From the human T2T-CHM13v2.0 reference genome, Homo sapiens, in assembly GCF_009914755.1 (NCBI RefSeq), contig NC_060929.1: a DNA stretch of 64,000 nucleotides; one strand, 5' to 3'. The notes below the pieces were generated by a model. The model did no database searches. It had not been told where the DNA came from and was given only the letters and a program-made list of their open reading frames with translations. Of the stretch, positions 14,319 to 29,127 are shown piece by piece (the stretch's first letter is position 1; every line of letters starts with the position of its first letter). Both the position numbers and the translations under genes were made by a program.

Positions 14319-14677
14319 TTTCTACATTTTTGCTATTATGGATAATGCTATTATAAAATTTGCATGCAAGGTTCTGTATATGTAAATATGTGCTTTTTTC
14401 TCAGGTATACATCTAGAAGTAAAATTGATGGGTCATAATGGAACTCTATATTTAATAAAATTAAGAACTGTTAAAGTGTTTTCTAAAGCAGCTCTATCAT
14501 TTTCAAATTCCTTTCAGCAGAATAGGAGGGTTTCATTTTTACACATTATTGCCAACACTTGTTGTTATCTTACTTTTTGATTCTAGTAATCTGAGTGATG
14601 TGAAGTGGTATCAAACTGTGAGTTTGATTTTCACTTCCCTGATGAATAATGACTTGGAGAACCTTTTTGAGTACTTA

Positions 14678-15155
14678 CGTTGTTGAGAAAAGAGCTAAAG
14701 AGCTCGCTGCCTGATGCCTTAGAAGCAAATACCATGGCACTAGGTTTTGAGAACGAAAAAAAAAAAAAAAGCAAAGCAAAACAAAAAAGCTTTATTTTGT
14801 GTCCACCAACAGTGAGATAAAAGGCCAGTTCACATCTGTGTCCCTACCCCTTTCCCCCTGTAAAGTTCCCCGATAGGCACAGTTGTCTCTTCATGCCCCT
14901 TCATGGGTTGCATGTGCAAATTTGGGTGGGGGCGTGATATGAAACAGGCAATGGAAATTTAGGCTGTGATGTCAGCAAGTTCGTTCCACACAGACCATAG
15001 TTGTCCATATTGGTTCTAACTGGTATCAGCCAGTTTTGTTACCTTATAAGCTAACGGAGTATCAGCAAGCTGTTTCTTTTCATATTTGCTCTTCCTGTAA
15101 GCTCAACACTTTCTATTATTCACTGTTTTCTTTAGTTCTTTGGAGCATGGCTACA
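14678..15155 (-). mobile_element. ERV1 (MER4-group-like) solo LTR inserted in the L1
   Basis: Interrupts the L1 phrase '..gtactta|..|cctactgaccatctgtatatctc'; (c/t)gttg...ctaca termini; 4-bp TSD-like ctta/ccta; 'aagcaaataccatggcactaggttttgaga..gctttatt' motif. Confidence 0.7.
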
Positions 15156-18100
15156 CCTACTGACCATCTGTATATCTCCTTTGAAGAGATGTCTATTCAG
15201 ATCTTTTGCCTATTTTTTAATTGTGTTGTTTTTATTTTTGAGTTGTATGATTATATATATATATATATATGCATACGCATATTAGGATTTCCTTTTCAAA
15301 CATGTGATTTGTAAATTTTTTTTCCCATTCTCTGGGCAGACTTTTCCCTTTCTTGATGATGTCCTGTGAAGTACAAACATTTTTAATTTTGATTAAGTCC
15401 AGTTTATCAATTTTTGTGTGCGTGAGTGACTACTGCTTTTGGTGTCATATCTAAGAATCCTTTGCCAATCAAAGGTCCAAAAGATGGGCCCTTATGTTTT
15501 ATTCTAAGAATTTTTTAATTTTTGGTTTTACATTTAGGTGTTTAATATATTTTGAGTTAATTTCTTTATATGGTCTAATGTAAGGGTTCAACTTTTTTGT
15601 TTGTTTCCTTAGGTCTCTTGCAATTCTACATGAACCAGCTTGTCAATTTCCACAGAAAAGTTAGCTAAGATTCTCATAGGAATTGCAGTAAATCTGGAGG
15701 TCAGTTTGAGGAGTATTGCCATCTTAACAACATTAGGTCTTCTCATCCATGAACCTGGGTATTTTTTCATTTACTTAGATTTTCTTTAGTTTTTTGAACA
15801 ATGCTTTGCAGTTTTTAGAGTAGACACTTTGTTTTTCTGTTACATTTATTCCTGGGTATATAATTTTTTGATGCTATTATAACTGAAACTTTAAAAAATA
15901 CATTTAAAAATATTCACTGCAAGAGCATAGAAATGTAACTGATTTTTTGATATTGATATTGTATCTTACAACCATGCCAAACTCATTACTTTTAATTTTT
16001 TAGTAATTTCATATGATTTTATACATATAATCACATGGTCTGTTAATATAGTTTCAATTCTTCCTTTCTCATCTACTTTTCTTTTTGTTCTTGCCTAACT
16101 AGAATCTCTAGCACAATGCTAACTAAAACAGCAAGAATAGACATCCTTGTCTTTTTCTTGACTGTAAGTGGGAAGTATCCTGTCTTTTTCCTGTAAGTAT
16201 GATGTTAGCTGTGGAGTTTTCATAATTCCCTTCATCAGCTTCAGGGAGTGGAGAGTTCCTTCACATTGTTATTTTTTAGTGCTTTTGTTATTGAAAGTTT
16301 CTGGGTTTTGTCAAATGTTTTTTCTGCATTTATTGTGATGATAGCATGATTTTCATTTTTTATTATTTTAGTAAATTGTATTTCAATAATAATTTTTAGA
16401 TGCAGTCAACCTTCATTTTTAGAGTAAATCCTACTTGATTGGAGTGTATAATTCTTTTTATGTATTTCTGGATTCAGTTTGCTAGTACTTTATGCAGGAT
16501 TTTTGCATACAGCTTCATAAGGGATATTGGTTTAAAGATTTCCATTTCTGTTGATGATTTGTTTGTATTTCATTTTAGGGTAATATTGGCCTCATTAAAT
16601 TAGTTGAGAAGTATTCTATTTTGGGAGGTAAGTGGAAGAGAATAATTTGTAAACCATTTTCGTGAACTATCTTTAAATATTTGGAAGACTTGGGTTAGTG
16701 AAACATCTAGGAACGGCATTTTCCTTGTGGACAGGTTTTTGAATACGGATTCAGTCTGTTCACTTCTCATAGGTCTATTCAAATTGTGTATTTGTTCTTG
16801 GGTCAAATTTGACAGTTTGTCTTTTAGGGATTTGTCCATTATATCTAAGTTATCTAGTTTGTTGGCGTACAATTGTTCACAACATTTCTTTTTAATTTTT
16901 TTTAAATTGATTATGTCAATAGTAATGGCTCCTCTTTCATTTCTTATTCTAGTTATTTCACTCTTCTCCATTTCTTTCTTGGTAAATTTAAAGTTGTGTC
17001 AATGTTATTGATCTTTTCAAAGAACCAGCTTTTGGTTGCATTTATTTTCTTTATTTTATCTTTTCACCTACTTTCTATTTTACTATCTAGCAATTATTAT
17101 TTATTTTATTCTGCTTGTCTTAGGTTTAGTTTGCTCTTTTGTTGATGGTGTAAGTTGGAAAATTAAGTTTTTGTTTTGAGTTCTTTTTTCTAACTTAACA
17201 TAGACATTTACCGCTATAATTTTCTCTCTAAACAATGCTTTCACAGCAGTTTGTAAATACCATGTTTTCATTGTTATCCTTCTTAATGTATTATAACTTC
17301 CCTTTTAAATTTTATTAATTTTTTGGCTACTTGAGAGTGTGTTGCTTAATATTTATATATTTGTAAGTAAGTACAAATTTTCCTTGTCATTGATTTCTAA
17401 TTTTCTTTCATTGTGTTGGTGAACATATTTTGTATTATTTCTATCATTTTAAATGTATTCAATTTTTTTATGACATTTAATGTGATGTATCCTGAATAAT
17501 GCTTCAATTGCACTTGAGAAGAATCTATATTCTGTGTTGCTGGTGGAATGTGCTATGAATATCTGCCAGGCCTAGTAAGTTTATAGTGTTCCAATTCTTC
17601 TATTTGATTGTTGAATTTCTGACTACATACTATTTATTATTAAATGTGGAATACAGAAGTCGCCCACTATTATTGTTAAATTATCTAGTTCTCCCTTAAT
17701 TTCTGTCAGTGTTTAATTTATGCATTTTGGTATTATGTTTTTTGGTGCACATATGTTTTAAACTGTTATACCTTTCTGATGGGTTGATTTATTATTATAA
17801 AATATACTCTTTATTTCTAGTAACTCATTTTTATTTTAATGTCTATTTTGTCTGCTATTAGTATAGTCACATCAGCTTTCCTGTGGTTGCTGTTTGCCTG
17901 ATAAATTTTTCCATCCTTTTACTTTCAATCTATTTGTTTTCTAATCTAAAATACATCTCCTGTATACAACATAAAGTTGTATCATTTTGTAAAAATTAGG
18001 TCTTAAAATCTTTATTTGATTGAAATGTTTAATCTATCAGTAATAATGTTACTGATATAGTTAGACTTCTGTCTACTATTTTATATTTTGTGTTGTATAT

Positions 18101-20711
18101 CTCGTCTTTTTTTCCTCTATTTCACTTTAATGCTTTATTTTCTATTAAATGACTGTGTTTTAATGTGGCATTTTGATTTTATTAATGCTTTCTGCACCAT
18201 TTTCTAGTTGTGTGTATGTGTGTGTGTATGCGTTTGTGTGTTCACTCTAACATTTATCATACCCACTTTAACTTATTAGGACAATATCAGATTTATACCA
18301 GCTTAATTCAGTATTATGTGTAAACATTACTACTATATATCACCTTTATCCCCATTAAATGGAATTATTGTTACATGTAATGCCTTAATTAGTGTTAAAA
18401 ACCCAACAAGACATTCTTATTGTTATGACTGTATCATCTGTCATCATTTTTTTAACCCATTACAGCTTTGTGCCCACCAATCACTGCTGTGCTGTTATTG
18501 ACAAATATATTACACATACACTGCATTTTTATGTTTTATATGTCTATTCTAAATGTATATGCAGTACATTTTACACATATTATTTTAAACAATGGCTTTT
18601 AAAATCAGTTAATATAGGGAAGAATAAAATATGCATTTATCGTCTCCTTTATAATTACATAATTAACTTTATCAGTATTCTGTTTGTTTTTATAGGTTAT
18701 AATTACCATTTGCAGAACTTGCTTTCAACCTGAAGAATTTTTGATATATGTCTTTAAGGCAGAGCAGTAAGAAAGAGTATGTCTCAGTTTCTCTTTATTG
18801 AATCATGTGTTTATTTCACCTTCATTTTTGAAAGAGAGCTTTGATGAGTATAGGACACTTGATTGACAGTTTTTGTTGTTGCTGGCTTTTTTGAGTATTT
18901 TGAATATGTTAAAATAGTTTGCCTCCTAGCTTCTGTTAATTTTTCTGAAATGTCAGCTTCTGTCTTACTGGGAGTTTCTTGTAAGTTATATGCCATTTTC
19001 TCTTGCTACTTTCAACAGTTTTTTTCTTTTCTTTGACTTTCAGCATTTTTATTATGAAGTGTGTGTTTTTGTCTCTATGTTTACATTTCAAATCTACTGT
19101 TACACCCTTTTACTAAATGTTATACATTTCAGTTATTGTATTTTTTAACTACACAATTTCCATTTACTCTTTTTAAAATAAATTATATTTTTATTGATGT
19201 TTTCTGTTTGATGCAACACTGTTATGATATATTTCTTTACTTCCTTAACTGTGCTTTGCTTTAGGTTAATGAGCATATTTATTTATATTGACTACTTTGA
19301 AATCTTTTTCTGTTTAATCTGAAATTTAGCTGCTTTCACAAGCAGTTTCTATTGCCTTTTTTTCTGCTGTAGGATAATACTTTATTTATAAATACCTCAC
19401 AAGCTTTTTTTTGAAATTAGATATTTTAGGCAATATATATAGGATCTTTGCATACTGTCCTGGGAGGCTTGTGATTGTAATTTGCTTGTTTATATCTTTA
19501 ATGACTAGGTGGAATATTTTTGACTACTCTCCATGCAAAGTGTCAGTCTGTTCCTCATGAAGACACATCTTTGGGTATACCATACTACACCTACAGTGCA
19601 GTGGTCATGTAAGGCTCTCTACCACTTTTTCCCTGACCATACACAGCTGTCACGCTCCATTAATTACAGGCTGTTTTTGACACTTATTGTTTTCAATAAT
19701 GCCCTGAGGCATAAATACCTCTACAAACTAATTTAATCAAATTGTAGATTTCTGGAGAAAATATTTAACAGTTTCTGAAGTAAGTGTTTGAAATTTTCTG
19801 ACCCCTGAAGTGTTTTCTCAGCTTATTTCCCAGTTCTCCCTGCTAAGTAACAGGAATACAGGCTACATCTTATTTCCATTAGACCCACAAATTTTCTTCA
19901 AATTAGTTTTCATCACAACCTCCACTGAATTTTACAGTATGTTTAGGTTTAAAATTTTCCATGCTATGCTGCAAATGAAGGCAGTCCTTTGGAAAGAGAT
20001 TAAACCATCTGTTTTATTAGGTTACTCTTCCCTCAGGCAGAATCTCTGATCTATGGCTCTGGAGTTTGGGGTTGGAGAAAATATTAAGGTTTCCTCTGAG
20101 TGACAGCTCCACTGTAGGTACTGAGTGCTGTGGAAGGGGAAGAGGGTGAGCAGCCTGGGGTCGTCTCTGCTTGCCTCTGCTGTTATACAAACATCATCTC
20201 ACAAGTTAAGGAAGGTCTACTAGGGCCAGAGTATTCTCAGAGCACCACATCCAATATACTGCCTCTTTTCCTCAAGTAGGGAATGTGTGGAAGAAGGAAT
20301 GCCCAACCTCAACTGCATTCACCCAAGGGTTGTCCTCAGCAATAGGTAGCTGGAGACAGGATGAGAAATGTTAAAGTTTTACTTGTTCTTGGAAGAACAG
20401 CTTCCATCTGGGAGCCGGGTGAAGAGAAAGCCCTATGTTCTTAGCTGCAGCAATCTGGAGTGGAGTCTCTGCCTCACTGAGTTCAGAGTGAAAAGGGAAG
20501 AAGCTATCTTGGTTCAAATACCACAAAATCTCACCTATCTTTACCATTTTTTGTAGGTTTTCTATAATAGGTGCATCTTCATGTGCAGTTTTATCTTAAG
20601 CCCATTTCAAATGATTCAAATGATTGGGGTTTTTTTTGGTAATTTTCACCAGTTTCACTGAGGGGCAGGTCAGAGGAGTTCCTCACACTGTCCTGCAGAA
20701 GTCAGTCTTGA

Positions 20712-20915
20712 TTGCTTCTAAAACTTGACAATGTGTAAAAACTGCATGCAGAGCTTTAAAGATTACTAACGCTTGGCTTACAGACCTAACTATTCTTATT
20801 TAATTTAATTTAATTTATACAGGATGTATTTATACAGGATGTGAACTGAACATTGGGAATATCAAAAACTTTGTGTCATTGTATTTGTTTAACTAAAGTT
20901 AAGGTTTGCTGCTCT
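20712..20915. mobile_element. MER5-like relic
   Basis: Degenerate match to MER5 layout ('cttctaaaacttg..gagctttaaagat..ttcttatttaatt..taaagttaaggtttgctgctcta'). Confidence 0.4.
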
Positions 20916-20971
20916 AGTTTTATAAGAAATATTATCTTTTTTTGTATTACAACTTTACTTTCTAGAAATCC

Positions 20972-21271
<300 letters not shown>

Positions 21272-24200
21272 TAGAAATTCTTTGGGAACAATATTTTCAC
21301 TAGCCCTTTTAGCCAGTCTACTCTTAATAGATTTCTTAGTTGGCTTTCCATTATCTGCCCTTTTGTTTGTATGTCATTAGATTTAAATGTTTATGTTTAA
21401 GAAAAATACTCAAGCCATTATTCATAAATCTTCAGTAAAAATAAGTTAACTGTAAACCTAAAAAATGTTAACTGTTTTGAATAACATAGCAAGTAAAAAT
21501 AACTGACTTTTGGAGTATGAATATAAGACTGGTAAATGTATATATCATTAGAAAAATCAGTGATTTTTGTTTTACCGTGAGTATTCTATATGATATTTTT
21601 TCCTCACATTTGGCCAACCTATAATGATTATTTTGGATATAAAGACAATATGATCTTTGTTTTATAAGTAAAATAATTGTATTAGCTAATATAATTTTAA
21701 TACTATGTTTTACTATTATGACACTTCAAGATGCCTGGCAGATGAGGATATGCATGAACACTTGTTTGATTAGTTTAGGAAGAAAAAAGGGTATAACTAA
21801 TTTAAAAATAAAACAGATAATCCCAACCTAAAATATTCATGTGAATTATTTATTGTGTCTTACAGAAAGTTTTTGTTATTTAAAAAAAATTAAACTTGAC
21901 CTTGAAAGAAGAATTCATAAAGTAGTGAAGGACGTTGAAACTGGGAAGGATCTGAGATATTACACTATTTACACAGATAACATATACCTGGCATACTAGA
22001 CCACTAGATTAGGAAAAACACATTTTGTTTACTCATTGATCATCTTATTGTTGGTTTTCTAAGCCCCAGTCTCCCATAGGGCAGCATGATAAGGCCAGAT
22101 GTCATTTGATTATATGACAGAGGATATAGGAAGAGTTCTGTACCATAGGAAAACAAAAAAAAAAGCTGTAATTATGAATTTTGGAGCTTATGTAGAAACT
22201 GCTTACACAGTATCTGTCAGGAGGAAAGGAGAGTGACCTTTACAACTCTTTGATGTGATCATTTAGGTCTAGGGTTGAAAACAAAAAGAACAAACGATTC
22301 TGGGTCTATCACCATTAGAATGTGACCAAATGCTATGGGAAAACATACAACTTCTAACTTCAAAGGAACAATTGCCACCCAACGTTCCTTAACGCAGGTT
22401 GCCAGTTTCCTTTTCTCAGAAAGCCCTGATGCTACAAAAACATGAAAACATCCAATTAGCATGGTTTCTTGATAAGCACATATTGAAAATGTCAAATCTT
22501 TGAACAAACTGAGATATGTATACATTTATGCACCTAAATTATAAAATGTCTCATGTAATAAGAGGTAATGACTTCATTAGGTGTTAAAAGCAATTCTTTC
22601 TTTGAATATTCTTTTTTTCTAGGTAACTCTGACTCATTATGAACTTTACTTATTTTAATTGAAACTAGTAAAATCATTGCTCAAAAGAAAAATGGTTTCT
22701 ACAATATGTTTAGAAGAATTTTCCAAATATTTTTTAAATTAGAAAAATATTTACCTTATCCTTATTGATTTCACTATTGATGTTTGTGTAATGAAAGTAG
22801 ATATTTTATAGCAGAATGTTTTAATTCATACATTTTAGAAATACTTGAAAAATTTAACAAAATATGTATTTTATTATATTTGGAAAAAATATATTTAATT
22901 TTTTTTTAAAATTTCTTGCTTTGAAAGATGAAAAACTGTTTTGGGGAACTATAGGGATTTGCTTTTACCTGAATTTTTATTTTATACAATTGAGTCTATA
23001 ATCTACTTGTTTATAACCACTTGAAATATTCCAGTTATTCAGATAAATATACCATACACATTATAATGTTGCTTCTTCAGAAATCTTAAAAATGATAAAC
23101 CAGATTTTATGCCAATTTGCCTTTATGCAACAAGTTTTTCCGTATTTTAACAGTAAGGCATCCCATGTTTTTAATAACAAAGACCTGGAAAGCAATTCTT
23201 ATGAGACTAAGCTAAGGCTGTATACAAGGGAGGAAGCATTTTAGTTGATATATTTTAAAAGATTAAAGAAACACTTAGTAAACCCGGGCATGGTTTTCTT
23301 TTACATAAAATGTTATTTATCACATAGAATCATGAATTATTTACAAGCACTGGAGTCACTTGCAACAGGAGTAAACAGAATTGATGATGACCTTCAGTTC
23401 ACTGTACTGCAGAGAAAGTCATTCTCTCATTAGATTTTCACTGGAGAATAAAAGAAGCCTTTGCCTCATGAAAATTCACTGCCGGCTCCCTCATTCCCTT
23501 TCTTTCACCATAGAGTTGAAAATAAAAGTGTTTCTTTATTTTTTTTAAGGTTGCTTCTACATATAATGAAAAAACAACTGCAAATGACTCTAATCCCAGC
23601 TGTTAAATGGATCTGACTATGGTCTCTCTGTTGGTACGCCATTTAGAAAGATCCAGATGGGCTCTCGATCGGAAACTAAATGTCAAATAAATGTGTAGAC
23701 ATTTCTGCCATTGTCAGTGAGTCTTTAGGGAGCTATTCATTGACTAGGGTGTTAGGATGGTGGAGAAACAAATTTTCCGAAACAAACTCAAACATTATTA
23801 CAATGAGTCTTTTTCCTCTCAGGTATGAGTGACTGTCAGGGACAGGATTTTTTTTTCTACATGATCTGTGAAAATATCATTTAGAATTTACAGTAAGTTA
23901 TACAAAATAAGTTTCTTATCACTCATTAATTAGATGTTTTAGTGGAAAATTTATGGGCTTCAGCACAGTTACTGAATATGTTTTCTATTTTCCATAAATA
24001 TTGTAACACTCTAAATGGTTACTATGAAGTTTAACTCAGATTCTACATAAAAATCATGTAAAATAGTTACTGGTGCTTAAGAGGTATATAGTAAATGTCA
24101 TATCTTAGTTGAATCCCTTCCTGAAATTGGCTCAAATTAAAATATCTAGAAACAGGCTACTTATTGCCTGGAGCTATATGGGCAAGTTCTCTGGAAATAT

Positions 24201-26104
24201 AACAATTAAATAAGAATGCACACACAATATTTGCTGAATTGAGTTAAATTGATTTTATCACTTGTAAATATAGTTCTTAAACAGATACATATGGATTTTT
24301 ATAATAGATATTGAATAATAGCTAGAAAAAGATAAATTGATTAGTATTTGTGAAAGAAAAGACATAAAAGGATCAAAGAAAAAGGTAAGAATTATGTTAA
24401 GTCAGAGGGAGTAAAGGAGAGTTAAAAAGGGACTTAAAACATGAAGATTTTATGACAACCTTATTTTCCCACCTTTTTTTATAACTGGGTATTCCAGTGG
24501 GTTTGACTGGGGTGTGCTTCCTGGGTGATATGAACATCAGTTAAAGGTCAAGAAGAAAGATTCCTGGCATCAATGGGTTAGGAGAGAATCACTCAAGTAT
24601 CAACAAAAATTGTTATCTAACAGTAAAATCCTAGAATAGTTACTTCTGGAAAAGATTTCTCTGGAGTCCTAGTCTCATACAGCAGAATTAGGGGGCAAAA
24701 AAGTAATTTTTACTACCAAGATTGTCATTTAAGGATAGTCCATGTATATATAATACCCCAAATATTAATGTATTTGAACACCAAGTACAGTAGAAGGAAC
24801 CAGCTCTAAAGGCAAGATGTCTGATTATTCATTCATGTAAATAATAGACATACTCAACAGTTTTTTTATTGAATGAAGGTAAAATTTTACTGTATAACTA
24901 TAATATGTATGAAGATCTAAAACTGGGTAAACTTTATTGAAAGATAATAGCTTAATTTACATTGAAATTGTAGATATTTACTTTCATTAATGTTTTCAAA
25001 ATGATATGTAGGTAAAAATAAACCATGAACTCTTAATGATTTTGAAAAAAATCACCTACCATAATTAATAGTGATATATGTTTTGAACTCATATTCTAGT
25101 AATCATATCTTTCAGGCAATATTTTTTAAGAAATGTACATATTCTAGCTACCTAATCACATGTAATCCAGTTGCCAACCTACTATAAGTTTTTTTCTCAG
25201 TAAGAAATGTGGTAATTTCTTACCTATGCACGTTTTCATATCTCATGTAATTCTGACAAAAATCTTAAATATTGTAGAATGAACTATTCATTTTTCAAAT
25301 AAAAATGATGAACAAAAGTGCATGAAACAAACTTTATTAAACATTTGTCAGTTAAATTTTTTCTCAGTTCCTTCCTGAAAAAAATTTCAGTTTGAGTGTT
25401 TAACTGATACTGTTGAATATATGAAATTCTCCTAAACATGATTATTGGTCCTGGTGTTGGCAACATTAGTATAGTTTCCCATTTCTCATAAACTGATAAA
25501 ATATATAAACTCTGCATTAGTTACCATTTAATAAATGTTCATTTTTAATAATTACCCATGGCTATTAAGTAAGATTTTTCCTTTTTATTTTTTCCCTCAT
25601 TCCTTTTCACAAGCCACATAGAGCAAGACTGTAGTTAGTCGTGAAAGAGATAAAGAATGTGATCAAAGAAAGATTTGCAGCCCAGCGGATGTCAGCAAAC
25701 TTAGGAGAGATTTGCACCTGAGTGTGAATATAGTAGCTTTCAAGAAAATAGAGGATCAAATTTTTTATTTATTTTGGACTGAACTTTCTAATTCCTGAAA
25801 CCCTAAAGTGACTATTGTATTAGTTGGCAGAGATAAAGCTGTACGTCACTGCCTAATTGACCTTTGAGAATTAGGAGAAAGAAACCTATTCAGTGATTCT
25901 TCACCACTGAATTTCTTCTATATAATAAGCCACTGATACATTTTTTTCAAAATTAACAAAATTAACAAAAGTAATTTTACATTCATAAGAATTCCATACT
26001 ATAAATCTGAGTTGAAACATTTAAATTTTTCTCAAAAATATATTCTCCTCAAAAGAAATACAGAGTTCTTTATCCCATCTTTTACTCACACCATCCCTTT
26101 TTGT

Positions 26105-28205
26105 TGCTGTTGTTGTGAGTGGCTTGTAAAACATATAAAAATCTGTACAAATTTAATGTACCCATCTTGATAAATTTAAAGATATACAGACCCATGAACC
26201 CATCCATAAACTATGCCATAAAACATGATCATCATCTCAAAAAGATTCCTCTCTGTTTTTGTTTGTTTGTTTTTTTGATAGGAACATTTAACAAAAGTAC
26301 TACAATGATAACAGTGTTTTAAACATACAATACAGCAGGAGTCCCCGACGCCTGGGCTGCAGACCCGTGCTGGTCCGGCGAGCAACACTTTATCTGTATT
26401 TACAGCAGGTCTCAATGCTCACATTACTGCCTGAGCTCTGCCACCTGTTGATCAGCGGAGACATTAGATTCTCATAGGAGTGTGAACTGCATTGTGAATT
26501 GCACAAGCAAGGGATGTGGGTTGTGGTTTCTTATGAGAATCTGTTGCCTGATGATCTGAGGTGGAACAGTTCCATCTCAAAACCATCCCCAGTACACCCC
26601 TTGTCAGTGGGAAAAAAGTCCTCCACGAAACTAGTTTCTGGTTCCAAAAAGACTGGGGACTGCTACAATACAACATAAGTAACCATACATGCTATGCTGT
26701 ATAGGATTTATTATGTTAAATAACTGAAACTATGTACTGATTGAAAATACCTCCCTGATTCCTCCTCTTCTGAGCTCCTGACAACTAGTATTCTACTCGC
26801 TGCTTCCATGAGTTTGACTCTTTTAGATACCTAAGTAGTATCATGCAGTATTTGTTCTTCTGTTTCTGGCTTTTTCAGTTAGAATAATGTCCTCCAAATT
26901 CATCCACACAGTAGCAAATGGCAGAATTTCTTTTTTAAGGCTGAATACTATTTTACAGTATGTATATAACATTTTTCTTTATCCATTTTTTCTGTTAATG
27001 GACATGTAGTAAGTTTCTTTTTATGCTATTGTAAATAATGCTTTGATAAATATTGGAATGCAAATATCTCTGACATCTCAATGTCAATTCTTTTGGGTAT
27101 AAATCCATCAGTATTTTGGATCATACAGTTGTTCCAACTTTAATTTATTGAGAAGCCTCAATTCTGTTTTTTTAGTGGTTCTATCAATTTACATTCCCAC
27201 CAGCAATGTAAAATGGTTCTCTTTTCTACACATGTATACCAATACTTGCTCTCTTTTGTCCTTTTGTTCATAGACATCCTAATGGGTGTAAAGTGATCTC
27301 TCAGTGGGGTTTTGATTTGCATTATCTTGAAGATTAGAGATGTTGAGCTCCTTTTAATGTATTAGCTGGCCACCTGCATATCTTTGGAGAAATGTCTGTT
27401 CAAGCCCTTTGTCCACTTTTTATGTTTTTTGTTTTTAATTTTTTTCTATTGAGTTGTACCAGTTATTTATGTATTTTAGAGATTAATCCTTTAGCAGATA
27501 TATAATTTATGAATATTTTATCTCATTTCATAGGTTGCTTTTTCACTTTCCTGATTAAGAAATCATTTCCAGCACCAGAAGTCAATTTTTTTTTTCAGTG
27601 TCTTCCTCCAGGAGTTTTACATTTCCGAGCCTTATATTTATGTCTTTAATTCATTTTCAGTTAATGTTTTGTACAGTTTAAAAGAGTAGTCCGATTTTAT
27701 TCCGTCACATGTGGATTTTCTGTTTTCTTAATATCATTAATTGAAGAGACTATAATTTCCCCATTATATATTCTTTTCCCTGGTTGTTAAAGATCTCTTT
27801 AGAGTAAACCCATGGGTGTAATTCTGGACTCTCTATTCTATTCCATTAGTCAATGTGTGTTTATATGTCAGTACTATACTATTTTGATTGCTGCAGCTTT
27901 ATAATATATTTTGAAATTAACAAGTATGATACTTTCCACTTTGTTCTTCTTGCTTAAGCTTCCTTTGGCTACTTGGGGTCTTTTGTGGTTTCACATGAAT
28001 TTTAGGCTTTTTTTTCTATTTCTGTAAAAAAATACATCATTAAGAATTTGGTAAGGATTACATTTAACCTGTGGGTCACTTAGAGTATGAATATTTTAAT
28101 AATATCAAATTTTCCCATTTATGAACACGTCCTTCCATTTATTTGCGTCTTTTTCACTTTCTTTCATGAATATTTTATAGATTTTAGTAACAAGTCTTTT
28201 AGCTC
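26105..28205 (-). mobile_element. L1MA8/9-like 3' region
   Basis: Antisense L1 3' UTR and ORF2 end ('ttattgaagagactataatttcccc', 'tttacattcccaccagcaatgta'); interrupted by MER1. Confidence 0.85.
26336..26665 (+). mobile_element. MER1 (hAT-Charlie) MITE
   Basis: Termini 'caggagtcccc..' and '..ggggactgcta'; core 'cattagattctcataggagtgtgaac'; 8-bp TSD caatacag/caatacaa. Confidence 0.92.
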
Positions 28206-28672
28206 CTCTAAATCGAGTTAGATACATATATTTCATCAAGGAAAGACAGATCACTTTTATGCATAAAACAAAGCAAATCATGTATGTTCTCTTCTTTGAA
28301 AGTATTAGACATTTATGATCACTTTCTTCCTGTTCTAAAATTCTGGTGTTTTTACTTGTTTTTGTTTGTTCATTTTAGTTTTACTTTGTCACTTGATAAA
28401 TGTTTTTATGAAAAACTTAAAAGTGATTTCAAAATGTCAAATTGTTTTTATCTGATAATGTTTTGGGTAAAGAGATATCACATTTTATTCTATGCACTAC
28501 AAAAATTGTGAAAGAAAAAAATCAATCAATTGTTCTTTTGCTGGACTTCACACAGGCTACTGCATTATATTTGTACTTTCCAAACTCATTAATTAATTTA
28601 AATATAATTAATTCTGAATGTGTAAGTTATTTTTTGTTTATTTCATTTTCTAGAGGCAAAAAATAAGTTATA

Positions 28673-28978
28673 TTTTTTGTTTGTTTGTTTTTGAGACAGA
28701 GTCTCACTCTGTTGCCCAAACTAGAGTGAAGTGGAGAGATCTCGGCTCACTGCAACCTCTGCCTCACAAGTTCAAGCAATTCCTATGCTTCAGCCTCCTG
28801 AGTATCTAGGACTACAGACATGTACCATAACACCAGGCTAATTTTTATATTTTTAGTAGAGATGGGGGGGTTTCACTATGTCAGCCAGGCTGGTCTCGAA
28901 CTCCTGGCCTCACACTATCTGCCCGCCTCAGCCTCCCTAAAGTTCTGGGATTACAGGCATGAACCACTATGCCTTGCC
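28673..28978 (-). mobile_element. Alu (old S/J-like)
   Basis: Full antisense dimer with (TTTG)n tail. Confidence 0.95.
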
Positions 28979-29127
28979 ATCAGTTAGGTCTTAAATATCA
29001 AGAAGTAACATCTAAATTACCGTATAATTTATAGTATGACTAAGAAGCATTTCCACAGAAAGTACATCTTTTATAGGAGAGCTACAGTGTCGCATATTTG
29101 ACATCTTGAATTTATCCTAAAGTTATA

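Larger units (their letters stand above)
13550..20710 (-). mobile_element. Long old L1 (L1MB-like 3' end, ORF2/ORF1 remnants, L1M4-like 5' region) with nested insertions
   Basis: Antisense 3' UTR 'tttgttgagatataatttatatac'; ORF 16600-16971(-) 'IRNERGAITIDI...CEQLYANKLDNLDIMDK' is an L1 ORF2 remnant; 5'-UTR-like sequence near 20400-20710; may be more than one element. Confidence 0.8.

Noticed and set aside
16600-16971. 123-aa ORF with recognisable protein similarity
   Set aside because: Decayed L1 ORF2 fragment within a disrupted element; not a host gene.
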